A stretch of DNA of 63,718 bases, counting the filler, from Octopus bimaculoides (taxonomy: Eukaryota): the NCBI RefSeq assembly GCF_001194135.2. It is 6 parts of 6 records of this genome, joined end to end, with 100 filler letters (N's around TTAATTAATTAA, not from the genome) between each part and the next. Parts side by side here need not be neighbours in the genome. Positions count along the whole stretch, not along the records: positions 30,495 to 58,658 come from NC_069001.1; 5 more parts are not named here. One strand, written 5' to 3'. Within the stretch, counting starts at the first letter, position 1; the number at the start of each line of letters is the position of its first letter. Positions 38,316-52,372 of this stretch are shown piece by piece. The notes under the pieces are model-generated. The model made no database searches, had not been told where the DNA came from, and saw only the letters and a program-made list of their open reading frames with translations. The position numbers and the translations under genes are program-made.

Positions 38316-39178
38316 ACGTATATATATATATATATAGGGAGAGAAATAAATCCATACGCACATACATATATATATATATATATTGTGCCTGCTTGTTGAT
38401 GTATGTACACACGCATACACCCCCACACACACAAGAAGTGCGATAATTTTATGCACATACATAAGAGCGCATGTGTATCTGATTTTGTGTATATTTGTGC
38501 CTCCGTCCATGCGCATCCTTTTGTGCGTATGCACGCGTCAGTACATGTATCTGCTTCTGTCTTTATGTGTGATTCTGTCCATGTGTATGTATGCTATCCT
38601 GTGTATTTGTGTCTATGTCATTGTATGTATGTGTTTGTATATATGTGTGAATTTGCGTGTGGTGTGTGCGTGTGTGCGTATCCGCGTTTAGCAGCCCATT
38701 TGAAAATACGTTAACCAATCATTAACTAATTAGAACAGAAATAGACTTTGGCGCCATAATGGTAATGGCTATTCTGTTAGATCTAACTCTTCTGTTAGAT
38801 CTGGTGAGAATGATTGGTGTGTCTGCGAGAATATTTTACCGCATTCTCGAACACTAGAAACAGGAAGGTACGGGGACGTACGCACTCCAGCATTGATCGC
38901 CGAGCGATTGTGGATGATTGGTCGATGAAAATAGTCACAAAGACACACAAACACACACACACACACACATATATATATAGGGATTTTTACAGTTTCACTC
39001 TACACCAAATCCACTCAGAAGCCTTTGCTCGGCCTGAGGTTAAATTAGGTTAAATGCTTACTTTCTCAACATCTGGAAGTAAGTCTATCGTTCTCTCTAG
39101 CCGTGGCCGTAAACAAACCAAAACTAGATGTTAAGCGATGCAGGGAAAGACTCAAATATAAAGTTTCACTCGCACACC

Positions 39179-39271
<93 letters not shown>

Positions 39272-39990
39272 GTATATACAAGGGAGACCACTTGTCGCTT
39301 TTTCCCTTGTATTAAATTGATATTAATTAATATCCAATTTTTTACCCTATTGTTTAATCTATATAGATAGATAGATATGCATGTGTGTGTGTGTGTGTGT
39401 ATTAGCGTGTACAACTGGCAAAATAAGACATGACGGCGTGAACTCAGTATATTTAGCGGGACACCAGGTCATATATGTTTGAACCTCTTATGACCCTGGC
39501 TGCACTGATCGATGCAACACAATTGGATACAGAATAACTCAGCCATGAAAGACAGTTGCGGGGGAGGTCAAAATGATCGTTATAAAGAATAATGCCAATT
39601 TCTTCTGCTGCTTCATTCATCGCTTATTATCTTAATTAACACTGAAGCAGATCCGGCAGAAAAATACACAGCCGTAGATGACATCAGGTAGCCCGAGCTG
39701 AGAACTTGCTTTCCTCAACACACTGATTCATATATACTCATTAGACCCAACAATTACACACGCACACGCACACGCACGCGTGTGTGTGTGTGGATTTACG
39801 AAAAAGCAAAAGTCGAAGACGGGTGTGTAAAAAGCAAGACAAAAATATTAATATAACGGTCGGGAAGTGAGTAAGTCGGAGTTTTACTATGGCAACCGAA
39901 TAATTGTCACATATTGTTACAGATAAATTCCTCTATTTACATGATATCGAGGTCTCTTCCATTCTTTTTTTGCCTCACTATTACTATTGA

Positions 39991-40094
<104 letters not shown>

Positions 40095-41772
40095 TAGTTT
40101 TAGGATTATAATTTTGTTATATATATATATATATATATATATAGATAGATAGAGTAGAATAGAATCATTTTCATTCGTTATATTTGTTTTCTCATGTCAT
40201 CTAAGTCAAAAATGAACCCAGCTTATTTGGGTATATAACAATAAGCTACATTAACGGAAGATGCGTTTAAACGACCAGAGCTGTAGACATTGACAGCGTA
40301 ACAGTCGAACGGCGTCTTGAATGTTAAGAGATAGAAAAGTAATTGCATATATCGTGCGACTGAACTAAGCTGCGTGTTCCCTAGCAACGTCCATAAAGCA
40401 TCACTGACAGTACAGCCAGAAAATGAACACTATTACAGAAAATAGGTTAGATGTAGTGCCATGGGTAGAACAGAATTACACTATGAAAGAGATTTTTTTT
40501 CTTTTTTTATGGCTTTGTCAGTACGTTCCCTATTGGCCTTTACCTAGAAATCAAAGGAAATGACAATTATTCCTTTCCAACTTTGCGTTTGTGAGCTGGA
40601 CATCAATGTTTTGAAACTGACCTATTTTACATTGCATTTTAGAGACATATTCCGCTCTGTTACTGAACCAGAAATACCGTTATATCAAGTATTCTGCTTA
40701 ATATCACAGATTTGCTGGACCTTTAACACTTCAGCATTTCCCTTAGGGGCTCACAATATGTAAATCCCTGATTATAAGCAGGAGTAGTGAGGGAGCAACT
40801 TAGCCGTGTTTTGAGAGAAATTATTTTGGGTTTGAATAAATGTAACAAACACAAAGTTTGAAGGAAGTATTAGCCATTTTTCATACTTCCTAGGTATAAA
40901 CGAATAGGATATAACGGTTGTTCCCAAAGGACAAAAATCAAGTTACACAGTGTTATGTATTTATTCCGCGAATGTTATTTTTTATTAAATAGACGCTGTT
41001 TGTCTTGTTGTAGCGTTTCTTTCTTTGATACTAAGTGACAGAAACATACTTTGGATAACAATAGGGATTCGAATTTCAGATTAAATAACAATTCCTGTAT
41101 CGTTCTCCTATTTTTTTTTCCTTACAGATATGACCTTAGCATGTTTTAGTCTTTGTTGTAAATCATATTCAGTTCCAAGTTATAAATAATTCAGATATTA
41201 TATAAAAATATTATAAATAGAAATGTAGTTTTGCAAATACGCATTAGAATAGAAGTTTTTTTTTTATATTTTTATTTGGTATAAACTTCAGAAATTTTTC
41301 TAAGAGTCATTTGTTTAATTTAGCATAAATTTAAAATGGCAATGAATACTCTTGCCATTCAATTTAGATTTGTCGATTTCTCTCAAATCTCATTTAGATA
41401 CTATGGTTTGGTTGGGGGTGGTTAATGTTAACAATTCGATTTTTGGAAGTTTTCCCATAATGGAAAATCTTATACGTTGAATGATTGACAAACATAACAA
41501 TTTGAAAAAGTAAAGTGATTGTTGAAATACAAATTTATTTCGCCGACTATAACTGACAGCAATTTCTTGATTGACAAACAAAGGTCAATATCATGATATA
41601 AATTCCCATCAAATCTCTTCACTTTCTTTCCAGTTTTGCTGGTGTTTAATGTATTTCATTTCGTTATTCACTGAAGGTTAAACTGAACAACATACTTCTG
41701 CAATTTATATATGCAATGAGTTGTCATAAACTTTCACATATCCGTTTATATGAATACAGATACTCATGTCTT

Positions 41773-41804
<32 letters not shown>

Positions 41805-41928
41805 TGTGTGTGTATTCCCCACAGTGGTGTTCCAGTATGACCGGAGCCGCATGTCTGAAACAAACAAAGGAATAAAATAATACATGCAATCGCACATACA
41901 TACATACATATATACATACTTATATATA

Positions 41929-41982
<54 letters not shown>

Positions 41983-44900
41983 NNNNNNNNNNNNNNNNNN
42001 NNNNNNNNNNNNNNNNNNNNNNNNNNNNNNNNNNNNNNNNNNNNNNNNNNNNNNNNNNNNNNNNNNNNNNNNNNNNNNNNNNNNNNNNNNNNNNNNNNNN
42101 NNNNNNNNNNNNNNNNNNNNNNNNNNNNNNNNNNNNNNNNNNNNNNNNNNNNNNNNNNNNNNNNNNNNNNNNNNNNNNNNNNNNNNNNNNNNNNNNNNNN
42201 NNNNNNNNNNNNNNNNNNNNNNNNNNNNNNNNNNNNNNNNNNNNNNNNNNNNNNNNNNNNNNNNNNNNNNNNNNNNNNNNNNNNNNNNNNNNNNNNNNNN
42301 NNNNNNNNNNNNNNNNNNNNNNNNNNNNNNNNNNNNNNNNNNNNNNNNNNNNNNNNNNNNNNNNNNNNNNNNNNNNNNNNNNNNNNNNNNNNNNNNNNNN
42401 NNNNNNNNNNNNNNNNNNNNNNNNNNNNNNNNNNNNNNNNNNNNNNNNNNNNNNNNNNNNNNNNNNNNNNNNNNNNNNNNNNNNNNNNNNNNNNNNNNNN
42501 NNNNNNNNNNNNNNNNNNNNNNNNNNNNNNNNNNNNNNNNNNNNNNNNNNNNNNNNNNNNNNNNNNNNNNNNNNNNNNNNNNNNNTACACACGCATATAA
42601 GCCTGCGCATGGAAAACCTATGCACTTGTAACGACAATTGTATCTTAATCTATGGAGTGGAGGGGTAAAGAGTAACGTATCTTTAATAACGTTAAATATG
42701 GGAAAGGGGGTGGCGGGGGGAATGTAGTTGTCATAAAAAAGGGAAAGGAGAAAGAAAGAGAATAAAGAAAGAAAGAAAGAAATGGAAAAAAAGGAAGAAA
42801 AGAGAAGAGAGAAAGGCTGGGGATAGGAAGGAAGAAGTAGAGAGAGAAAATAAGCAATAACATATAGTGAACGTGCATAAGAATTTAGATTGCGCTTATA
42901 TGCGTATACAAAAATGTATATAGCATCCCGCATATAGATACATATGCTGATATGTACGCAAATAGTTACGATCATAACCTTGTACATGCGCATGTACACA
43001 TACAAGTATATGTGAGTGTGAACCTGATCGCACATACGCACACATAATAATATAGATGCATGTATGTATAAATAAACACAAGCATATGCCCTTACCGTGT
43101 ATAGACAAAAAGAATATACGCACGAAATCATAACAGCATATGCACAAGTGCGAACCCAGGCCCCATAAATAAAGCTCGTAGTGTAACGCAGTGGTTCTGT
43201 CTTGTACATTGTTAGTTGACCCTGGGTAGCTGTAGTGACTCAGTGGGAGAGATCGAACCACCAACAGATCTGCTACACCGTTTCATGAACCATTGATTCT
43301 GCCATTCGGAGACAGAGTACAACATCACCTCTTCAGCGCGGAAACGTTTGCCCTTTACGTATCCCATTCGGTCAAATAGCAATTATTACTTGATTCTCTG
43401 CACTTAATATTCGCGATGTACGTCCAGACTATTTCAAATCAATGAGGTTATTAATGCTGTAACTGAGTGTCTGTGAAAACATTGTTTATCCTTGTTTAAT
43501 ATCTAGAAAAAGGTAGCATTGATGTAAAAGCATTCTATGTGTATTGCGCATGTTCACCTGAAACTCGATTTGTTTTCCGTAAATTTCAATTTATCTTTCG
43601 GAGATTTTACAGCAATACCTCGAAGCTACAACAATTCGTATCTCGTTCAAGATCAGATAATACTGTATTATTTTATTTTATTTTTTCATATTCTCTAAAT
43701 ATAATTTGTGCATAACATTCTTTAACACTCAGTACGCTGATATAAGCTGTTGTTAGATTATAGTGGTTTTCTCTTTTGATAAGATTGAGTATCAGCGAAA
43801 GAACCGCATATTTTACGATATATTTCCCAGAGTGCTTTGTTTGCACACCATATAGATATGTTTGTACCACAAATGTGTTATCTCTCAACAACTTTACTTA
43901 TGCATGTGCTTAGGTGTAGAGGAGATTTCTGTATCTTGTAGCATATTTTCTTTATTTGAATGCATCATATTTGTATACTTAAGCATGATGTTTAGTTATA
44001 GTTGATGTTCTCTGAAGTTACTGATAAGAAAGGCAATAAATCAGGCAGGTGCTGCTTTAAGGCTTGTTCGATCTGTAAAATATGGAAACAAACAGTTCTC
44101 AAATGTCTCATCAATGTTTTAAAAAAGCGACTAAATATTGCTGATAACGAGTAATTTCTCTTAGAATGTTAGCAAAATGTGTTGCGGGTAAAACACCTTC
44201 GTTCGTTTCCCTTATCTAGAAGAAAATAAACTAAATATTTTCCTTTAGGCAAAATAAAAATTTATCATTTTGCAGCAAACGTCATAGCAATACAAAGCAA
44301 AACAAAAATAATAACTTTCAGATTTTCATTATCATAAACGATATGAGAGATTCGTAAATCCAGTAATACTTGGTAACTGGATTAGATTTTCTTAACTTGA
44401 TACAGCCAAACATGGATGATGAGTAGATGAAAAGCGTGCGCATGTAAAGAAACGAGGTTTACATTAGAACGTGCAAGCAACTTATTTATGAGCAGCGCTT
44501 ACACAGCAAAAGTGTTTAGTTTGGCAATTTGTGAATGAAAACTGAAGAAAGAATTTATCAAAAATACTTTACCCAAAGCAGATCTTCGAATACAGAGGAA
44601 ACGTTATTGACCAAATCACGAATGACGAAATAATGGCTTTAAGAAGCGTAGGTCATCGATTTAGTGAACGAGTAATCAAACCATCGAAAAATTAATTGCT
44701 TAAATGTTAACGAACAGAGGAATAATTATAAAAGAAGTGAAACAGAACCAGTGCGTGTCGTATTATTGGGAAAATGACTCTCCCGAGATATAAAAAGATC
44801 TGTTCGCATTCTCTGAAAAGATCAATAAGTTTGAGTTGAAGGTTTTAATGGATTGCATCATCGTTTATTTTATTGAATTCAAAGGATTAATGAATGGCAG

Positions 44901-46269
44901 TTTAAACAGCGATGGTCTTTGAAATGAGAATGAAAAAGAGCAATGGTTATATAGATTAACGGATTTTCTTTTAAAGAGTACTATATCATTGTTTCAACTA
45001 CTTTGAAACCGAATTTAATAACAATGTTTCTCTACATTTTACTATATAAATATTCGAAAATTATTGCAAAAGATGTTATGTCATAGTACGTTTGACACAT
45101 CACATATCGTACAATTAGATAACTATATCAAGATATAATAAAATTTTATGCATTCAATATTTTCTTCATGATTCCGACATTTTGAAATACTAATAAAAAG
45201 TTATCGTAGATTAAATGCTCGTAGAACACTAAAATGTAGGGGGAAAAAACGGAAACACCGTAATTCCGATTAGAAAAATGAATGCATTAAATGAAACTGA
45301 ATGGAATAAAATTTAAAATATCTTTAAGTTAACAGCTATCATTATAACTTTATAACTTTAAAACAATCCGCAACATCACAAATTGCAGAAACCGAGCGCG
45401 ATTCATTACAAAAGGAATTTAAAAAAGATTATAGACATATAGTAAACACTAATGTACGTAATCTGGTCTGTTTAAATTCTTTACAATGCCGTTAAACTAA
45501 TTAACTCCGGATATATTTTGTAATATGAAATCTTTTATTTCATATTTTATATTTTTTTCAAAATTAACTTATAATGGTGGAATGTAAATTATTAAAATTC
45601 GGAATCTATGTTAAATATTACAATAGAAAATTAATTATACCTTGCGGAGACATTGATAAAGTAATGCACTGTATGACGAGGTTAATATCTCGGACGCATA
45701 ATAGAAGTAAATATTACAGTATATTAGATTAATATTTGAAATGTTTATCAAATAAAATAAGTAAAATGTATGAACGATATAACTATCAGTTGGAAACATA
45801 TGAGTGCAACTGCGCTCGAAATAATAAGAGCGCAACTAAATATATATAGACAGATATACACGCGCAAGCACACATAAATATGTGAATATATGTGTGTTTG
45901 TGTATGTGTACATTAAGCTACATCCGCTAGTGAGGCACGACTACGTGTTTTCTAGAATTGTGGGAATCTTGCTGTCAGTACATATTTATCATTTCCAGTA
46001 CATTTCTGATCTGGAACGGTGGGACCTATGAGAGTCTTACCTATGGCTTAGACTTCCTAGGATAGAGGAGGTTCCTGGGTTCTTTCTCCGCATGAATGTG
46101 GGAAAAGCAGCTCCTCTAGAAGAAAGAAACCCTGACATAATACTTGTAGTGAAAATAATTCAAGTTTGTTACTGGAACTACAATGGCAACTGAGCGATTA
46201 GCCAAAGTTTTCTAAAAGCTTTTGTCACTTAAATCCGATGATGTAAAGATGTCTCATTATTATTTATGA

Positions 46270-46525
46270 GTTGAGTGAGAGAGCAACAAAACTAACTCCT
46301 TGTAACACCAAAGATAAAATGAAAACAAGGAATATGGCAGCATTCAGCAACTTAAACGAAGAGAATGTCGAGTAGAGTAGCAGAATATTCCGAAGTCGTC
46401 TGGAGGTCATGGTTGAAGTGAAGGTATTTTTAAAGTAATTTTGGTAAATATATCTTCTAAAATGAGATGTCAGTGTTATTACCATTTTTTCGTAATTGAG
46501 ATGACAGTTTATTCCCCGTAGCCTG
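46270..46525 (+). mobile_element. Tc1/mariner 3' end (same family as 45-888)
   Basis: Reverse complement contains TTCAACCATGACCTCCAGACGACTTCGGAAT matching 165-192; terminal ...GCCTG|TA at 46525. Confidence 0.8.
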
Positions 46526-46677
46526 TATATAACATAAACGCAAATATATATAAATCACTAGAATGAGCAAGAACACTAATACGTATATATGTATACACAC
46601 ACACACACACACATATACATATATATATATATATATACAGACACATGCATGCATGTATATTGCGAGGGAATAGTGTA

Positions 46678-46810
46678 GTCGATTATATCAACACCAGAAC
46701 GTAGCTGCTATTTACTTTCTAGACACGGAAATGATGATGGGCAAAGTGAAGCATGTCGGAACTTGAACACAACACGTGAAAACGGATGAAATGCTTCTAT
46801 GCATTTCCGT
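46678..46810 (-). mobile_element. Degenerate cephalopod-type SINE
   Basis: GTCGATTATATCAACACCAG...GGCAAAGT...ACTTGAACAC...GATGAAATGC aligns loosely with 3706-3830. Confidence 0.6.
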
Positions 46811-47194
46811 CAGATACATTTATTTTATCTTTATTACGAATATTACTAAAGAGAAGCACACATGCTTATACACACATTCATACATATAAATCAATTTCAT
46901 TTTTATTCCAAGTCTGTTGATGTATCTATAAATTTTGTATTTGCAATAAATCTTTTTATAAATTTTGTATTATTTGTACAGTGTATGAGTCACCTGTAGC
47001 CAGTTTCATGAAACAAAAAAAGGTGAAATTATTGTTAAATATAATTGGTTTCGTAACACAAACAGGATAGCAGAACTATTAACATGGGTACATAAACATA
47101 TTTACGTTTGTGTATGCACAACACTTACACACACAAATATCTATCTATAGATAGATATATATGTATTGATATATTGTGTATATGTATATTTATA

Positions 47195-47232
<38 letters not shown>

Positions 47233-48199
47233 NNNNNNNNNNNNNNNNNNNNNNNNNNNNNNNNNNNNNNNNNNNNNNNNNNNNNNNNNNNNNNNNNNNN
47301 NNNNNNNNNNNNNNNNNNNNNNNNNNNNNNNNNNNNNNNNNNNNNNNNNNNNNNNNNNNNNNNNNNNNNNNNNNAAATATACAAAGACCAGTATACGCAT
47401 CATGACTACCCGCCTGATAAGGAATTGGTATACTCTACTTAACGTCGCATGTAAAAGAGTTGCTTTTTTTTACCTCTCATTCTTGTTTCTCCTGAAACAA
47501 ATTTTATTTAATAAGCTACAATAAAGTATTGGCCTATTGTTACTCGGTTATATCCCTCGAAATGTGATACTCCATGGCGCTGGTAATAAGGAAAATAGAA
47601 TTTATTCTTCTTGACCGTATGCTAGATGGTAAACTTTTAATCCTATCTTCTGGATATATTCTCTTCTAAGTCATTTCATGAGTAACCGAGTTTCTTTTAT
47701 AAAATTTCAAGAAAATTTTGAATATTCATAATAGAAGTAATTAGTTTTGTTGATACTGATTTGGGCAACAATTAATTATTTTGTAAATGTTGAAAAAATG
47801 GCTTCAGCATAATTATACATATCTGTGTAAAATTAAAAGAATCTGTATGTATGTTTGTATGTTCTCTTTCACTTTTTAATTTAGAGTAAATTTTGAAAGG
47901 CTTCCGACATGATAACCAGATTGTGAAGCAAAGCACCTTGCATTAACCCTCAGCCTGGAAATCTTAAGGAAGTCATGGACATCTTTATAGTTTCAGATAG
48001 ATACTGTGATCATACGTATTGAATGAATTAAGGATTGCGTTCTCAAACCCCCAAATCCCAAGTTGAGCCATATTTTACTCTAGACGGGTTCAATAGGTTT
48101 GAAGCTGAAAGTGTAGCTTGAGCGCTGGATTGCAAACTCCTTATTAATGGTTCACAGATGTAGTGTGTCTTTTACGTGTCTAATTATGTTGTTGATTTC

Positions 48200-48717
48200 G
48201 TGGTCTTTTGCTTCGGCTCACTTCCTATCTGTCAAGTGTTCCAGGGTATTGGCCATAATGAGATTTACCTCCTCAAGTCTTCTTTAGTATGTTTTGTAAT
48301 TCTATTTTCATGCTGCATTTTTCTCTTTGACCATTTCTCATATGTTGTAATCTGAAGCCAGTATTTCAGTGTAGTCTGTTCCTGTTTGGAATTTTGTCGA
48401 CTTCTTGTGCAAAGAGGAAAGCGTTTTCTTTTTCTCGTGTTGCTTTATGACATGTATTAATCTTCCATGTCTTATTTCTAAGTACTTTCCAAGTCTAACT
48501 GTTGTTATTTTTTTAAAGTTGTGTATCTGTATCAGGCCACAACCTCATTCTGAGCGGCGTAGATATATATTCTGTTTGTGTCTGTTTTGGGCGTGATGAT
48601 TTCTGTACGCTGTTAATAGGTTACTAATTTTTCTGTCTAGCTTTCTGAATCCACTGATCTGCCAGTTTATTGTGTTGAAACTGTAATTTATGACTGGTAT
48701 GGGTAACGTGTTTATCG

Positions 48718-48720
<3 letters not shown>
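48200..48720 (-). mobile_element. R4/Dong-like LINE fragment (RT C-terminal region)
   Basis: NTLPIPVINYSFNTINW..RKLDRKISNLLTAYRNHH..IYLRRSE*GCGLIQI. Confidence 0.75.
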
Positions 48721-48748
<28 letters not shown>

Positions 48749-48829
48749 AACTATTGTTGTTGTTTCTACTGTTGTTGTGTCATGAAAACTCTTAGTTTAT
48801 TTTCCTGGATATGATGGAAAGATTCAGCT

Positions 48830-49110
48830 GCCCACAGTCAGCAGGTTGAGTTGACACTCATTCACAGATCAACGTTTCAAGAAGCCTGCGGAGAATTCTT
48901 GCAATTCTAAGCGATGCTGATATTTGTAGGAGTTCTACCATTGCATTTGTTTCCAATCTTTTTCAGTCACGTTGGGTATTAGACATTTATACTTTCAAAC
49001 GCGCCAATCTCTATTGCTATCACGCACACTCTCTTCATTGCCCACAAACTGCGTATTTTCCATTTCAATTCATCGTAGTTATTCACTTTCTCTCTTCTAA
49101 CTTCATTATT
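48830..49110 (-). mobile_element. R4/Dong-like LINE 3' end (RLE domain tail)
   Basis: EKVNNYDELKWKIRSLWAMKRVCVIAIEIGA and ELLQISASLRIARILRRLLET; homologous to 63450-63666. Confidence 0.78.
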
Positions 49111-49227
49111 ATTATCATCATCATTTATTATTATTATTATTATTATTATCATCATTCTATTTTTCTGCATTCATAAGTATATGCATGTAGTTAGTTGTTT
49201 TTATATACATGCCTGCACACACACACA

Positions 49228-49313
<86 letters not shown>

Positions 49314-49476
49314 TTCTTTGCGCTGTAGGTTGGAGCTTACATAAACATGTCGTAACTAATCAATCAATACACAGTATTTGTTAGAGCAAGAACCTAGAAT
49401 GCATCGTACACATAAGACTATAATTACATATATACCTACATACGCACATACATATATACATACGGGTATATAGGTG

Positions 49477-49507
<31 letters not shown>

Positions 49508-49799
49508 CTGTATACATATAAGTTCTTATATACACGTGAAGGTGAGGTTGGGTATAATTTTATATTTTGCAAATTCGTTACGTTTTCGTGTGTTGTGTCT
49601 TTCGAACATGAAGAGGATATACGTTCGATGGTTTATGCGTCCTTTCATTTAAGTACTACTTGGCGTTTGTAATGTAGAGAACATAACTGATCGACAAATT
49701 TGTTTACATTTCAAACTTAATGGATGTTTATTTTTACATTTCCGAACACATTCTTCTTTCTCCGTTTCCCTCACCTATCAATACATAACTATATTGATA

Positions 49800-49981
49800 G
49801 GTACATACATACATACATACATACATACATACATGCATACATACTTAAATACATACATACCCGCATATAGGCATATTGATATATATATATATGTATATAT
49901 ATATACATATATATATGTATGTATATATATATATGTATATGTATATATATGTATATATATGTATGTATATATATATGTATG

Positions 49982-50021
<40 letters not shown>

Positions 50022-50121
50022 TGTATGTATATATATATATGTATGTATATATATGTATATATATGTATGTATATATATATGTATGTATATATATGTATAT
50101 ATATATGTATGTATATATATG

Positions 50122-50159
<38 letters not shown>

Positions 50160-51415
50160 TGTATGTATATATATGTATATATATGTAGGTATATATATGT
50201 ATATATATGTAGGTATATATATGTATATATATGTAGGTATATATATGTATATNNNNNNNNNNNNNNNNNNNNNNNNNNNNNNNNNNNNNNNNNNNNNNNN
50301 NNNNNNNNNNNNNNNNNNNNNNNNNNNNNNNNNNNNNNNNNNNNNNNNNNNNNNNNNNNNNNNNNNNNNNNNNNNNNNNNNNNNNNNNNNNNNNNNNNNN
50401 NNNNNNNNNNNNNNNNNNNNNNNNNNNNNNNNNNNNNNNNNNNNNNNNNNNNNNNNNNNNNNNNNNNNNNNNNNNNNNNNNNNNNNNNNNNNNNNNNNNN
50501 NNNNNNNNNNNNNNNNNNNNNNNNNNNNNNNNNNNNNNNNNNNNNNNNNNNNNNNNNNNNNNNNNNNNNNNNNNNNNNNNNNNNNNNNNNNNNNNNNNNN
50601 NNNNNNNNNNNNNNNNNNNNNNNNNNNNNNNNNNNNNNNNNNNNNNNNNNNNNNNNNNNNNNNNNNNNNNNNNNNNNNNNNNNNNNNNNNNNNNNNNNNN
50701 NNNNNNNNNNNNNNNNNNNNNNNNNNNNNNNNNNNNNNNNNNNNNNNNNNNNNNNNNNNNNNNNNNNNNNNNNNNNNNNNNNNNNNNNNNNNNNNNNNNN
50801 NNNNNNNNNNNNNNNNNNNNNNNNNNNNNNNNNNNNNNNNNNNNNNNNNNNNNNNNNNNNNNNNNNNNNNNNNNNNNNNNNNNNNNNNNNNNNNNNNNNN
50901 NNNNNNNNNNNNNNNNNNNNNNNNNNNNNNNNNNNNNNNNNNNNNNNNNNNNNNNNNNNNNNNNNNNNNNNNNNNNNNNNNNNNNNNNNNNNNNNNNNNN
51001 NNNNNNNNNNNNNNNNNNNNNNNNNNNNNNNNNNNNNNNNNNNNNNNNNNNNNNNNNNNNNNNNNNNNNNNNNNNNNNNNNNNNNNNNNNNNNNNNNNNN
51101 NNNNNNNNNNNNNNNNNNNNNNNNNNNNNNNNNNNNNNNNNNNNNNNNNNNNNNNNNNTATATATATGTATGTATGTATATATATATATATATGTATATA
51201 TATGTATGTATGTATATATATATATATATGTATATATATGTATGTTTGTATGTATATGTATATATATGTATGTTTGTATGTATATATATATATGTATATA
51301 TATGTATGTTTGTATGTATATATATATATATATATATGCATATATACGTATATATGTATACACAAATACAGAGATAACTAAATACATATAGAGAGAAATA
51401 TATAAGTATATATAA

Positions 51416-51460
<45 letters not shown>
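49800..51460. repeat. Compound (TA)n/(TATG)n array with large N gap
   Basis: Direct reading; source of the 500-600-aa Y/I/X pseudo-ORFs. Confidence 0.97.
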
Positions 51461-51462
<2 letters not shown>

Positions 51463-52097
51463 CACACAAACATACACACACATATATATATGGAAACATA
51501 GATATAGGCGTGTGTATACTGTTATACATTTCTCTTCCATCTTCTTCACACATTTCACTGCCGTAATATAGCATCTACCCAACCTCATTGAAAGACAGCA
51601 CAAAAACTTCAAGCCAAATTGAAGAGAAACTATGAATGACGTTGAAGAGTTGTATTAGAACGGCTTCTTCTACACACATTATAAATAATGTGTCAGAAAA
51701 ATCATGGTCTTTTACAGAGTGCTTAGTTTTTATCTTCCATTAACACTTCTTAAATTGTCTCTGTGAACGGACTGTCAAATACTGACTCGTCACATTAGGT
51801 AGCAGATGTCTGACTTCTAATGTATATTCATAGGGAATAACAAACAAAGTAGAATAATGGGTATGTTTGTATGTAGTTATATGGCTTGTTTGTTTATGTA
51901 TCTATTGAATGTGTATAATTGGATGTTAATGCGTGAGAAGGTGTGTGTGTGTATTTGTATGTGTGCGTGCGTGTGTGTGTGTGTATGTGTGAACGTATGA
52001 AAACGTGTGTATGAGGTTGTTTTTATTTGTGTCTGTGTCATTTTGCAAAGTGTGTTTATGCTGAACGCTTGTGTTATTAGGTGCAAATCTACATATG

Positions 52098-52135
<38 letters not shown>

Positions 52136-52203
52136 GAGAGAGAGAGAGGGGTAAATAAATAGATATAAATATATATGTATATATATTCTTTTATACTTTT
52201 ACT

Positions 52204-52372
52204 TGTTTCAGTCATTTGACTGCGACCATGCTGGAATATCACGTTTAGTCGAACAAGTCGACACCAGGACTTATTTTTGTACGCCTGGTAATTAATGTAT
52301 CATTCAATTTTGCTGAACCGCTAGATTACCGGGAAGGAAACACACCAACACCAAGCGATATTCGGGGGATAA
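52204..52372 (-). mobile_element. SINE fragment
   Basis: CTTGTTTCAGTCATTTGACTGCGACCATGCTGG...GTCGACACCAGGACTTAT...TTTGCTGAACCGCTA resembles the cephalopod SINE body. Confidence 0.6.

Noticed and set aside
43200-43365. 52-aa minus-strand ORF MGYVKGKRFRAEEVMLYSVSEWQ...
   Set aside because: Stop codon just upstream, no acceptor, and no recognisable motif.
46041-46131. Minus-strand exon-like segment with AG|gtaaga donor
   Set aside because: The plus strand (GAAAAGCAGCTCCTCTAGAAGAAAGAAACCCTGA) resembles an RTE-type UTR repeat motif, so the signal is probably repeat-derived.
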